Source: Escherichia phage EPIMRB01. Taken from it: a DNA stretch of 64,000 nucleotides. Every line of letters starts with the position of its first letter. Position 1 is the first letter of the stretch. Below, one piece after another: positions 21,870-31,781 of the stretch. A program made the position numbers and the translations under genes. The DNA is taken from the sequence record PQ657784; one strand, 5' to 3'. The notes under the pieces were generated by a model. It saw only the letters and a program-made list of their open reading frames with translations. It did not search any database and had not been told where the DNA came from.

Positions 21870-22834
21870 TGTATTCTTTAGAGGAATTTAATAACCAAGC
21901 AATAAACGCAGACTTCCAACGTAATAATATGTTTAGCTGCGTTTTTGCCACTACTCCATCAACTAAAAGCTCATCATTAATAAGCTCAATTAGTAACTTT
22001 GCTTATAACAACTTGGGGCTAAATTCAGACTGGTTAGGATTGACTCAAGGCGATATTAATCAGGGAATTACCACGCTAATTACTGCTGGTACACAAAAAC
22101 TGATAAGAAAATCAGGGGTTAGTAAATATCTTATTGGTGCAATGAGTCAACGCACAGTTCAAAGTTTATTAGGTTCATTTACAGTTGGTACATATTTAAT
22201 TGACTTCTTTAACATGGCATATAACTCATCTGGATTGATGATATATTCTGTAAAAATGCCAGAGAATAGATTATCCTATGAAACTGACTGGAACTATAAC
22301 TCTCCTAATATTCGTATAACTGGGAGAGAATTAGACCCTTTGGTTATTTCATTTAGAATGGATTCAGAAGCTTGTAACTATCGTGCAATGCAAGACTGGG
22401 TTAACGCTGTTCAAGACCCAGTAACTGGACTGCGTGCTTTGCCACAAGATGTCGAGGCAGATATTCAGGTTAATCTTCATGCTCGTAATGGATTACCTCA
22501 TACTGCGGTGATGTTCACCGGATGCATTCCAGTGTCAGTGAGCGCTCCTGAGTTATCATATGATGGAGATAACCAAATAACTACATTTGATGTTACTTTT
22601 GCATATAGAGTCATGCAGGCTGGAGCAGTTGATAGACAAGCTGCCCTTGAATGGCTTGAATCTGCTGCTATAAATGGCATTCAAAGCGTTCTCGGAAATA
22701 GTGGAGGTGTTACTGGATTATCTAATTCGCTTTCACGACTTAGTAGATTAGGTGGAACTGCTGGAAGCATTTCAAACATTAATACTATGACGGGAATTGT
22801 CAATTCGCAAAGTAAAATATTAGGAGCAATATAA
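21869..22834 (+). CDS. 54: Baseplate tail tube initiator gp54
   Basis: 321 aa, gp19/gp48-related, last gene of the baseplate operon, followed by hairpin terminator. Confidence 0.85.
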   Translation: MYSLEEFNNQAINADFQRNNMFSCVFATTPSTKSSSLISSISNFAYNNLGLNSDWLGLTQGDINQGITTLITAGTQKLIRKSGVSKYLIGAMSQRTVQSLLGSFTVGTYLIDFFNMAYNSSGLMIYSVKMPENRLSYETDWNYNSPNIRITGRELDPLVISFRMDSEACNYRAMQDWVNAVQDPVTGLRALPQDVEADIQVNLHARNGLPHTAVMFTGCIPVSVSAPELSYDGDNQITTFDVTFAYRVMQAGAVDRQAALEWLESAAINGIQSVLGNSGGVTGLSNSLSRLSRLGGTAGSISNINTMTGIVNSQSKILGAI

Positions 22835-22838
22835 CAAT

Positions 22839-22862
22839 GGGGACCTTTCGGTCCCCATATTT
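22839..22862. terminator. Hairpin terminator between gene 54 (+) and minus-strand early ORF
   Basis: ggggacc tttc ggtcccc followed by T-rich run. Confidence 0.6.
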
Positions 22863-23153
22863 TTATTTACGGAATGAAATAAAAGCAGCAACTGAAGCAA
22901 CTAAACTGTCTTCAATATAAACTTCAATTTTTACCGGAGCTTCTGACTCAAATTTACCTGTTACTACACCTTGGAAAATGCTTTCAGTCTGTTCTGGCTT
23001 TGAAAAATTTTCAGAAGGAAAAATTCCGAACTTTTTATCTGTTCCAAAAATTTTGATAAATTCATCATAAACTGCTTCATTAAAAGCGTTATCAGCAGGA
23101 ATAACGCCTTCAACTACAAGTTCTTGACCTAAAAAGCGTAAAGAAGATTTCAT
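22863..23153 (-). CDS. Hypothetical early protein (alt-downstream ORF)
   Basis: 96-aa ORF with its own early promoter cassette 10-60 bp upstream. Confidence 0.5.
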   Translation of the reverse strand: MKSSLRFLGQELVVEGVIPADNAFNEAVYDEFIKIFGTDKKFGIFPSENFSKPEQTESIFQGVVTGKFESEAPVKIEVYIEDSLVASVAAFISFRK

Positions 23154-23161
23154 TTTGTGTT

Positions 23162-23214
23162 CCTCATGTTATGTTAGTAAGATTATTATAACACAACACG
23201 AGGGACTTGTAAAC
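23162..23214 (-). promoter_or_regulatory. Early promoter cassette (GTTTAC -35, TATAAT -10, leader with GAGG SD) for ORF 22863-23153
   Basis: Minus-strand GTTTACAAGTCCCTCGTGTTGTGTTATAATAATCTTACTAACATAACATGAGG; 49 of 53 nt identical to cassette at 39138-39190. Confidence 0.65.
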
Positions 23215-25271
23215 TACATCTTGAACTTTTTAGACATTCCGTTGATGTTAACCAAAGAAGCCAAGATTTGAGAAACTTCGTTTTCCTCTTCTTTTGATTC
23301 TTCTACAAGGAATTGATTAAACCCAGCCATTGGACGAACTTCACCAGTTTCCATTAGATGATCGCCATCATATACCGATTCTTCTAATTGTTCAGAAGGA
23401 GGAACGATTGTGCCTTCGATTAGATACTTGTTATAAGCAGTTTCTTTCATCATGTACGTGCTTACTTTATTAATCTTCAACAAAATTCCACGCGGTAGAA
23501 TAACTTCAGCTTCTGATGGAAATCCTGATAAATGACCTGGAACGATAACTTTGATTCGCTCAGCCCCTTTAATTACCATACCTACACTAGTTTCAGCATC
23601 TTCATTAGCATATGCAGAATGACTACCCATATGCATTAAATCTTCGGCATCAACGGAACCTTCTCCTTCACCAGAAAATACTGCACCGGAATCATCTAGA
23701 GCCATATAGTTTTTACCATGCTCACCGAAGATATTTGGTTTAAGCGATGTTGATACGAAGTTCTTGAAATAGAACATTTTATTTTCAATATTATGGCGTA
23801 AAGTTTTAAAAGTAACTTCTTGACCACGATAAAGCGTAGTTCCCGGAGGAAGAACTGATCCTTTGGCGAATGCAGAATCCATTGTCTCGATGTGTTTAAT
23901 AGCTCGTTCCATGTATTCTTCACGGGTAGAATCTGGTTTACCTAAAAGGAACGAGTTCATTTCAACATATGAATCTGCACAATAATCTTCAATTACATCA
24001 GACTCAGCCTGAGTCAGTCCTTTTGGAGTTACTTCGGTGCTTGCGTATTCATATGCCTGAGCAGCAGATTCATTAATCAATTTATAAATGCCATTCATGA
24101 CAAATTGAATAATAGCTACCTTTTCGTCTGGCGTGGCTTTAGAACCTTTAACTAAATCATTGATAATTTTCTTAATAACATCAAAGCTATTAGAAATATT
24201 AATGTCAGCGAGATCGCTCAAAATTTTATCTGTTTTATAATCAAAGAATTCTTTATTCTTTAAATATTCTTGAGAACCTTGATGTGTTATATCGCTCTGC
24301 AGTCTGATAGACGGATCACGTAAACGCGCATGGGCCAATGCAATATGATTTCGGAAGCTTTCTAGTTCATAATCGTTAGATTTAAAACGAGAAGCACTTC
24401 TCATACCACCGATAGCTCCTTTGCCGAAGTTTGAACCAATCTGAATAACGCCAGAGTTCATTGGTCCTTCTGCTTTATATACCGGAACTTTAGATTCAAA
24501 CTCTTGATATTTCTTAGCAGCGAAGCTATCGCCCTGGAGTGAAGCATCGACAGTAGAATATTGAGCTTGTGCTGCTAATCGACGACTAATTTTAGTTTTC
24601 TGAATAACAGCTTGATCCGTGCGCTTATCATTTTCTAAAGCAATAGAAGCAGCAACAGCAACAGCTTTAGGAACAGCATTACCTGTTTTGACATCTACAT
24701 AAACATCACCAACCTTTGATTCAACTTTTGTGAATAACTCAGTTGAAATAGGAGGTACACCTGGAATGTCTTCTAAATTGGCATTTTTACGGTAAACCAT
24801 AATATATGCATACTTTTTATCGTAATCCCAGATTTCCTTTAAAAGAACATATCGACCTGCTCCTTTAGTACGTACTAAACGGTCAGCAATAACTTGCATT
24901 TGACGAGCAGCGCCATTTGTTTTACTTTTTAGTACGCGGAATAAGCATGCATCAATTTTATACTGTTTCATTGTTTGAAGAGCAGTATCAAAAACAGCAT
25001 TAATGACACCAATTGGATTTCCACCCAAGTTTTTAAGTTTAACTAATGATAGTTTCTCATTAACACCTATCATTACGATATGCATCATTTTATCGCCTGG
25101 CTTAACGTTTTTATTTGTATCACCGCCAGAGGTGTATGTACAAAATCTAAATCCAGGAAGCACGCTTTCTTCACCAGCTTGAATAGCAAAAATTTGAGGT
25201 ATTTTATGCTTAGGATTTAAGTTAACAACCGGCGCCGAAGCGCCGTCAAATAATTCTGTAATAAGTTCCAT
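23214..25271 (-). CDS. Alt-family ADP-ribosyltransferase paralog (685 aa)
   Basis: N-terminal about 230 aa near-identical to adjacent Alt; C-terminal R-S-E ART motifs YRGQ, FVSTS, EAEVILPRG; start MELITE. Confidence 0.8.
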   Translation of the reverse strand: MELITELFDGASAPVVNLNPKHKIPQIFAIQAGEESVLPGFRFCTYTSGGDTNKNVKPGDKMMHIVMIGVNEKLSLVKLKNLGGNPIGVINAVFDTALQTMKQYKIDACLFRVLKSKTNGAARQMQVIADRLVRTKGAGRYVLLKEIWDYDKKYAYIMVYRKNANLEDIPGVPPISTELFTKVESKVGDVYVDVKTGNAVPKAVAVAASIALENDKRTDQAVIQKTKISRRLAAQAQYSTVDASLQGDSFAAKKYQEFESKVPVYKAEGPMNSGVIQIGSNFGKGAIGGMRSASRFKSNDYELESFRNHIALAHARLRDPSIRLQSDITHQGSQEYLKNKEFFDYKTDKILSDLADINISNSFDVIKKIINDLVKGSKATPDEKVAIIQFVMNGIYKLINESAAQAYEYASTEVTPKGLTQAESDVIEDYCADSYVEMNSFLLGKPDSTREEYMERAIKHIETMDSAFAKGSVLPPGTTLYRGQEVTFKTLRHNIENKMFYFKNFVSTSLKPNIFGEHGKNYMALDDSGAVFSGEGEGSVDAEDLMHMGSHSAYANEDAETSVGMVIKGAERIKVIVPGHLSGFPSEAEVILPRGILLKINKVSTYMMKETAYNKYLIEGTIVPPSEQLEESVYDGDHLMETGEVRPMAGFNQFLVEESKEEENEVSQILASLVNINGMSKKFKM

Positions 25272-25274
25272 GAT

Positions 25275-27371
25275 TTATCCTTGAACGAACTTGTAAGGCA
25301 TGTTTGTAATATCTATGCAAGACGCAATAATTCCAAGAGATGATTCTACTTTCTGTTTAACATTTGATGAAACAAATGATGCAAAATCAACTCTGTCTTC
25401 TATTTCAATATCACCTGTCATTGCAACTACTTCACCAGTTTCCATTAGACGGTCACCGTCATAAATTACTGATTCGGTGAGTTCTTCCGTAGTCATAACT
25501 TCAGCTTGAATGAGTTTTGTATTATTAGATGTTGTTCCGTCATTATTAGAAGCATCAGTTATTTTATTAACTTTGACCATCAATCCGCGTGGTAGAATAA
25601 CTTCAGCTTCTGTTGCTATTCCGAGACTTCCTGGATATACAACATTAACTTTATGAGCTCCATCAATTGCCCATCCTATTTGAACTTTAACGTATTCAGG
25701 ATTTTCTTTATACGCTCTTATTTCATTTGGATTAATAGTTATTCCTTCTTCATTTTTATCAACTGTCAATTCATTACGAGCTTCTGGTTCTAAAAGACCA
25801 ATACCAGCATGTGTAATTCCAAAACGTCCAAAAATGATAGGAGTTAAAGAAGTAGATACAAAATTTCTGAAATAGAACACTTTATTTTTAACTAGTGCTT
25901 CGTATATAGGAGCAGTCATACTTTGAGCACGATAAACTGTAATGCCTTCTGGTATACGGTCACCATTTTCAAAAGCTGAATCTAAGTTATTTATAGCAGA
26001 TTCAATTTCTTTTTCACTCATTACATCATATCGTTCTGGATTGTAGCGTCCTAAAAGAAGATTATTGATGTCAGTATATCCTGAACCGCAATACTCTCTA
26101 ATGCCGCGCTTTTGTGATGGAGTATATTTAGAACCATCACGGGCAATAGTAATATCAATCATTGGACCTGCACCAATTCCAGAAAAGCTATAAATCATTC
26201 GTTTGAGGAATTTAGTTTTTGCTGCGTTCCAGGAATTTTTAGTTATTTCTTCCCAGACTTCATCTGGCTGTCCTTTACGGGTTTTATTATGTTTATCAAG
26301 CCAATTATCTTTATATTCTTCAAAGAGTTGATTAACAGCTGCTGCGTATTTTTCTAAACATTTTATTGAAGTAGTTGGTTCATTTTTAATCGCATTAAGA
26401 ATTACATCTTTAATTTTTTCAGAAACTTCACCAACCTCACTCATTGGAAAGAATTTATAGTCATAATGAAGTTCATCTGCAGTTCCTTCAGCAATAATTT
26501 TTGCTGCCTTAGTTTTAGAAGCTAATGAATTAATTCCAAGCTTCATTTCTTCTGCTTCGGGAATTAAAGGAGCTGTAGCAGGTTTATTGAAATTAGCTGC
26601 GGTAGATTCATACTTTTGGAATAATTCACTTTCAAATCTAGAAGATTCCAATGACTGACTTTGTGCAATTGCTCTACGGGAAATTTTAACTTTAACGATT
26701 ACAGCTTGGTCAGAACGTTTATCGTTTTCTTGTGCAATAGATGCGGCAATTGCCTCATTTTTAGTTACTTGAGCTCCGGTATCTTTATTGATATAAACAT
26801 CACCGACCTTCGATTCAACTTTAGTAAAGAGCTCGGTACTAATTTCAGGAACTCCTGGAATGTCTTCTAATGATACATTTTTGCGATGTATAAGAATATA
26901 TGCATACTTTTTATCGTAATCCCAGAGTTCCTTAAGAAGGACGTATCTGCCACCTGAACGACTACGGATAAGTCTATCAGCAATAAGTTGAATTTGACGA
27001 GCTTGACCAGCAGTTTTAGACTTAAGAATACGGAGCATACAGGCATCAATTTTATACTGACGCATCGTCTGCATCGCAACAGTAAAAACTGAATTGATGT
27101 AATTAATTGGGCTTGGACCGAGACCTTTTAATTTAGCAATTGAACCTTTGGCAGTTAATGTAAAAGGAACAATATGCATCATTTTATCGCCCATCTTTAA
27201 ATCGCGATTAGTATCACCTCCAGATGTATAGGTACATAAACGAAAGCCTGGTTGTTCAATTGCGTCATCAACATGAACTGAAAAAATTTGCGGTATTTTC
27301 TTCTTTGGATTTAAGTTTGTAATCGGAAGAGTAGTATCTTCGTCAAATAATTCTGTAATGAGTTCCATCAT
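25275..27371 (-). CDS. alt: Alt ADP-ribosyltransferase (698 aa), packaged internal head protein
   Basis: Sequence matches what I recall of T4 Alt; ART motifs YRAQ, FVSTS, EAEVILPRG; stop is 3 nt from start of downstream paralog. Confidence 0.85.
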   Translation of the reverse strand: MMELITELFDEDTTLPITNLNPKKKIPQIFSVHVDDAIEQPGFRLCTYTSGGDTNRDLKMGDKMMHIVPFTLTAKGSIAKLKGLGPSPINYINSVFTVAMQTMRQYKIDACMLRILKSKTAGQARQIQLIADRLIRSRSGGRYVLLKELWDYDKKYAYILIHRKNVSLEDIPGVPEISTELFTKVESKVGDVYINKDTGAQVTKNEAIAASIAQENDKRSDQAVIVKVKISRRAIAQSQSLESSRFESELFQKYESTAANFNKPATAPLIPEAEEMKLGINSLASKTKAAKIIAEGTADELHYDYKFFPMSEVGEVSEKIKDVILNAIKNEPTTSIKCLEKYAAAVNQLFEEYKDNWLDKHNKTRKGQPDEVWEEITKNSWNAAKTKFLKRMIYSFSGIGAGPMIDITIARDGSKYTPSQKRGIREYCGSGYTDINNLLLGRYNPERYDVMSEKEIESAINNLDSAFENGDRIPEGITVYRAQSMTAPIYEALVKNKVFYFRNFVSTSLTPIIFGRFGITHAGIGLLEPEARNELTVDKNEEGITINPNEIRAYKENPEYVKVQIGWAIDGAHKVNVVYPGSLGIATEAEVILPRGLMVKVNKITDASNNDGTTSNNTKLIQAEVMTTEELTESVIYDGDRLMETGEVVAMTGDIEIEDRVDFASFVSSNVKQKVESSLGIIASCIDITNMPYKFVQG

Positions 27372-27404
27372 ATCCTCTCTAGTGTTTATTCTATTTATAA
27401 AATT

Positions 27405-27422
27405 AAAGGCCCGAAGGCCTTT
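27405..27422 (-). terminator. Hairpin between gene 30-side ORF and alt
   Basis: aaaggcc cgaa ggccttt. Confidence 0.5.
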
Positions 27423-27609
27423 AATAATCTATTGGTAAGAGAGTACGGTATATTTCAAACTTTGGACCTTTTTCATAGGCATCAAATGTTTCTGTGAATT
27501 TATTATAAGCATATGCATCTATAAATTCAATCATAATTTGTGATACAGAAGTAGAAACATCTCCACCTTCTTTTTGAGCAACGACAATTGTTTCTAAGTA
27601 AGCTTTCAT
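27421..27609 (-). CDS. Hypothetical small protein
   Basis: 62-aa ORF overlapping ligase gene stop by 4 nt; unknown. Confidence 0.4.
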   Translation of the reverse strand: MKAYLETIVVAQKEGGDVSTSVSQIMIEFIDAYAYNKFTETFDAYEKGPKFEIYRTLLPIDY

Positions 27610-29066
27610 AGACCAGTTACCTCATGAAAATCACCAAATACATCCTCAAATGTATTAGCTTTAGTTTTATCTTCACGTAAACGAATCGCAATCGGAAGAA
27701 ATAATTTAACGTAATCAGTGCGGCCGTCAGATTTTAACCAACCATTGCATTCACATTCTAGAATTTTTCCAATATAATAATTTTGGTTTTCCATAATGCG
27801 AGTACGGTCAAGTTCATGCGATTTTACACCGGCTTTATCTTTTAAGCCTGAACCAGCATTTACTTTAATTTTTCCACACTCTGATTCAAGAATAAATCCA
27901 CCTGCTTTAGTAGGGTCTTTACGGTGAGGATAAATTCCTACAATTTTTAAATCAACATCAATTACTTCTTTAAATTTATAAAGATTTTTTGAACGAGCAT
28001 TTTCCCACAATCCATCGGTATTTTTGAGAATAATACCTTCAAGACCTTGGTCAATATACTTTTTATAAATTACCTTAGCTTCATCTAGGTTATTTACTAC
28101 TTGGTTTTCAATTAAAATTACTTTATCATATCCTGATGTCATTTGTTCTAGTTTAGAAAAACGTACATCATATTTTAAACGAAACGCCGGAAGACCGTAT
28201 ATTTCTACCAACGGAACATAATCCCAGACCTGAAACTTCATGCATTTGGCTTCTTTTTCTGAAATAGTTCCCTTTAAAGATTTATTGGCAATTCCATTAG
28301 AAGCAGTACGTGATTCAGCTACTTCGGAAAACTCTTTAGCTTTACTGATTTCAGGAGCATCAAAAAGAAAATCTAGGCCTTCTGGCTCTTTTTCAACTTG
28401 CTCATGGTATACCAATTCACCATCAATTAACACACCTTCTGGATGAATCTGGCGGGCTTCGGCAGTCATTTTGATTAACTCTTCTTTAAGAAGATCTAAT
28501 CCTAGATATTCATTACCAGCTCGTGATAAAAGACGAACATCATCTAATTCATCGCCTCGGACTTCAGCAAAACACCGAGCTCCATCTGCTTTTAACTGTG
28601 CAAAAGCTGGAAATTTGATATTCTTACTAATGCCTTTTTCATCATAAGAACTTGCCAACATTTGAGGTTGTTCAGGAATTAAACCTGGCCAAACTTTATT
28701 TGCAATAGATACTGAAGCACCGCATTCAAGGTCTCGCATCATAACTCGACGCAAAACTTCAACATCATCCTTTTTACCATCAGTGATATATCCAGTTAAT
28801 TCCTCAATTGCAGCATTTCCAGTCAATTTCCGAGTAGCTAACGTGAATTCAATGAAGTCAAGCATATCGGTAATAGTCAGCATTCCAAAACTCTGGGTAG
28901 CAATACCAGGTTTAGGCCATTTCTTGATATAATACTGTAACCCACGAGAATAAGTCAGACGATATACTCGTTTAAGCAATTCATTATCTTTATTCTTTTC
29001 AAGAATTGCTTGCTTCTGCTTAGTTGATCCAATAGATGCTATTTCATTCAGAATTTTAAGAATCAT
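27606..29066 (-). CDS. 30: ATP-dependent DNA ligase gp30
   Basis: 486 aa; adenylation motif KADGAR; sequence recognisable as T4 DNA ligase. Confidence 0.9.
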   Translation of the reverse strand: MILKILNEIASIGSTKQKQAILEKNKDNELLKRVYRLTYSRGLQYYIKKWPKPGIATQSFGMLTITDMLDFIEFTLATRKLTGNAAIEELTGYITDGKKDDVEVLRRVMMRDLECGASVSIANKVWPGLIPEQPQMLASSYDEKGISKNIKFPAFAQLKADGARCFAEVRGDELDDVRLLSRAGNEYLGLDLLKEELIKMTAEARQIHPEGVLIDGELVYHEQVEKEPEGLDFLFDAPEISKAKEFSEVAESRTASNGIANKSLKGTISEKEAKCMKFQVWDYVPLVEIYGLPAFRLKYDVRFSKLEQMTSGYDKVILIENQVVNNLDEAKVIYKKYIDQGLEGIILKNTDGLWENARSKNLYKFKEVIDVDLKIVGIYPHRKDPTKAGGFILESECGKIKVNAGSGLKDKAGVKSHELDRTRIMENQNYYIGKILECECNGWLKSDGRTDYVKLFLPIAIRLREDKTKANTFEDVFGDFHEVTGL

Positions 29067-29332
29067 TGCTCATCCTTCAAGGTTTGGTTTACAGCTCTAT
29101 TATAAATCAATTCATCATTAAGCTCAGGCAAAGACTTATGATATGTAGTTCTAACTTTATTTCCTTGCATCCAGTGCTTGACGTAAATGAAACCTTGCTC
29201 TACGCATTTTTTAAAAATTCGTTCGTCTTTTTGAGCTCGGAATTCTGGATTGCATCTAAAAAATTGATTTACGTGACCGTAATCACGTGTAGTATTACCT
29301 TCATTTTCATAAATAGTATGAACAACAAACAT
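29063..29332 (-). CDS. Hypothetical protein (30.1 position)
   Basis: 89-aa ORF, coupled to gene 30. Confidence 0.5.
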   Translation of the reverse strand: MFVVHTIYENEGNTTRDYGHVNQFFRCNPEFRAQKDERIFKKCVEQGFIYVKHWMQGNKVRTTYHKSLPELNDELIYNRAVNQTLKDEQ

Positions 29333-30171
29333 TAGAATGCTCCTTGAAAAATATTATCACCACTAGTAGGTCTATTATACAAATACTCTATGCCACCAGG
29401 TTTAATATAGTTCCATGTCTGAAATGGATGTGTCTGATATGGATGGTATAGATGATTATAAGGATTAAATCCAGGCGTTCTCCAGGTAGTGTTCCAAGGA
29501 AAAGAATCGTTTTTAATCATCTTTTCAATTAAATCTTTTATAGCTTTTTCACTATCAAAACTTTCTTTATTTTCCTTCGGCGAAAAAAGCTTATTTTCTA
29601 CATCATTCCATGTATAAACTCGCTGAGCAGTTTTTGGAATATTGTCACGCTCTCCTCGAGCCATCCAATAAACCGGAACATTTAATATTTCACTCGCGTG
29701 GTCGCAGTGGTGAGCGAGATCGTCAATATAACAAATTACGTTATATTTCTCTTTTGCCTTTTTGAATAACTCTTCTTTTGAAGAATCATGACCACACATC
29801 ATTACTTCTGAGAAGGCACCAGGAAAAAGAGCATTCAAATTAAATTGACGATTCAGCAGAGCGTCAATAGAATCACCCAATGCTGTAACAGCTACAAAAT
29901 TATAATCTTCTTTTAGTTTGTTAATTACGCACAATGCATCTTTATATGGAGACAAGTAACGAATAAAATCTGAACGATTGTATTTTTCAATTAGCTTGAC
30001 ACCGAGTTCTTCATCACAATTAAAGAGTTTACCCGGAGAAATAAATTTCTCATCTTGGATCATTTTTAAAATATGTTCTAACGGAAGATTATATTTCTGA
30101 GCAAAATAAGGAAGACCTGATTGCCAGCTTAAACATACTCCATCAATATCAGTCAAAATAGTAGGCTTCAT
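29332..30171 (-). CDS. Hypothetical protein, possible HAD-like phosphatase (30.2 position)
   Basis: 279 aa; N-terminal DIDGV motif resembles HAD motif I. Confidence 0.55.
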   Translation of the reverse strand: MKPTILTDIDGVCLSWQSGLPYFAQKYNLPLEHILKMIQDEKFISPGKLFNCDEELGVKLIEKYNRSDFIRYLSPYKDALCVINKLKEDYNFVAVTALGDSIDALLNRQFNLNALFPGAFSEVMMCGHDSSKEELFKKAKEKYNVICYIDDLAHHCDHASEILNVPVYWMARGERDNIPKTAQRVYTWNDVENKLFSPKENKESFDSEKAIKDLIEKMIKNDSFPWNTTWRTPGFNPYNHLYHPYQTHPFQTWNYIKPGGIEYLYNRPTSGDNIFQGAF

Positions 30172-30632
30172 AGAGAGTCTCTTAGTAGGTTTAACACATC
30201 AATAAATTCAGCTTCGGTTAGTATTGTATCATCTTTTGTTAGACCACTAGCCATGCTGTGCTTCAAAACTTTTCCTTTCGAGGCTTGTAATGCATCGCGA
30301 AAGCCCCTGTTTTGGATCGCTGCTTCAAAATATGCATTTGTGTATAATTCTTTCCACGCCGGGGAGTATCTTGAAAACGGAACTCCAAGCCAGAAGAGGG
30401 TCCCACGGTCCTGAGCTCTAGCATAAGACCTTCCAGCTTGTTGGGCGGCAAGCCCGGATAACCCAAATATACGACGTTGCTGTTCAATATTTTTCACCTT
30501 ACACCCTTGGAGGAATCCTTCGAGACCTCCAAATTGGATACCATCCATAACAAAAGGCCATTGGGCGAAATTACTTAATGCGCATGATGGCCATCTAAAA
30601 TTGCTTCTTATCTCTAGCTCAGACATTTTCAA
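30168..30632 (-). CDS. Hypothetical protein (30.3 position)
   Basis: 154-aa ORF, stop/start coupled. Confidence 0.5.
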   Translation of the reverse strand: MKMSELEIRSNFRWPSCALSNFAQWPFVMDGIQFGGLEGFLQGCKVKNIEQQRRIFGLSGLAAQQAGRSYARAQDRGTLFWLGVPFSRYSPAWKELYTNAYFEAAIQNRGFRDALQASKGKVLKHSMASGLTKDDTILTEAEFIDVLNLLRDSL

Positions 30633-30825
30633 TACTTATAATTTCAACATCAGCCCAATGACCATAGCAAGGAAGACGAAATTCAACTGGCCAGTTAGGG
30701 TCCTTTTCTAATATAATAGACTGAACTTGTGGCTCTTCATATTCATCGGTATACGGACCTTTATACGTTACTTTATATGTGACCTTAATGTACTTAATTC
30801 CAAAAATCTTATTAATTATATTCAT
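30619..30825 (-). CDS. Hypothetical small protein
   Basis: 68-aa ORF in tightly packed early array. Confidence 0.4.
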   Translation of the reverse strand: MNIINKIFGIKYIKVTYKVTYKGPYTDEYEEPQVQSIILEKDPNWPVEFRLPCYGHWADVEIISIENV

Positions 30826-31019
30826 ACTAATTCCTTTAATCCGTAAATAGGAGATAATTCATCGCCCATACGAAGGTCTTCATTTCCATCTACCCAGGAA
30901 ACAATATAAGCCTCTTTTATTTGAATACCACTCCATTTAAATGGAGGTAGAACCTTAGAAATTAATCCAGGTATACCAACTCCCTTTAATTCAACAGTTT
31001 GACCTAAAAAGAATTTCAT
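30822..31019 (-). CDS. Hypothetical small protein
   Basis: 65-aa ORF, coupled overlaps. Confidence 0.4.
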   Translation of the reverse strand: MKFFLGQTVELKGVGIPGLISKVLPPFKWSGIQIKEAYIVSWVDGNEDLRMGDELSPIYGLKELV

Positions 31020-31306
31020 TAGAACCTCATCTGAAAACCGTGCGATTTAACATTACCGCCGCCAATATCAGAAATGTTAATTTCACGCGCAATTGAAGGG
31101 TCAATGTCAATTTCACGATTGAGTTTAGTGATAGCTAAAGTATCGCGGCCATTTACAGTACGGAACTCTAAAGGACATACTACATTAACGTAGTTTTTAA
31201 TCGATTCACTAGTAGGTTGCAAATGAGCAGGAAGGTCTTTAGGCGCCTTAGAGAAAACTACTTCGCAGAAATTTTTACGGGTATCAAAATAAGTAGTCAT
31301 AAACAT
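31019..31306 (-). CDS. Hypothetical protein
   Basis: 95-aa ORF, preceded by hairpin at 31323-31338. Confidence 0.45.
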   Translation of the reverse strand: MFMTTYFDTRKNFCEVVFSKAPKDLPAHLQPTSESIKNYVNVVCPLEFRTVNGRDTLAITKLNREIDIDPSIAREINISDIGGGNVKSHGFQMRF

Positions 31307-31347
31307 AGTATTTTCCTCAGTAAGGGGCCGAAGCCCCTCATTTTATT

Positions 31348-31713
31348 TTAAATATCAAATTCGTTAAGAACTACATCAAAGATTGCTTCAAGATGCTCAG
31401 GTTTAGCTCTGTTACTCAGAATATGACGAATCCAAGTTTTAACCAGAAGCTTGCGATTAACGCCATTCCAGCAAGGATGAGTCCCTAAATCGCGTTGACG
31501 AAAATCATCATCCAAAGCGATTTTGAAGTTGGAACCTTCCATTGTGATTGAAACCGTGATGCCATTTTCAAATCGCATATAAACGTAGTTAGGAGTCATA
31601 TACTGTTCAATTTCGCATACTGATCCATTTTGATGTTTCCAAAGGCAAATAGTATCAATAGAACCTGCAATACCATTAGAAACATATTTACGTTCAAAGT
31701 TGATGTAGTTCAT
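31348..31713 (-). CDS. Hypothetical protein
   Basis: 121-aa ORF with early promoter (GTTTAC ... TATTAT) just upstream. Confidence 0.5.
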   Translation of the reverse strand: MNYINFERKYVSNGIAGSIDTICLWKHQNGSVCEIEQYMTPNYVYMRFENGITVSITMEGSNFKIALDDDFRQRDLGTHPCWNGVNRKLLVKTWIRHILSNRAKPEHLEAIFDVVLNEFDI

Positions 31714-31750
31714 TTTTATTCTCCGAGATGTTTAATTGCGGTACAGGTAT

Positions 31751-31779
31751 ATAATATCATATCCTGTACCAAAGTAAAC
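31751..31779 (-). promoter_or_regulatory. Early promoter with inverted repeat around -10
   Basis: GTTTAC, 17-nt spacer, TATTAT; 7-bp inverted repeat gtacagg / cctgtac (31741-31769). Confidence 0.55.
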
Positions 31780-31781
31780 AA

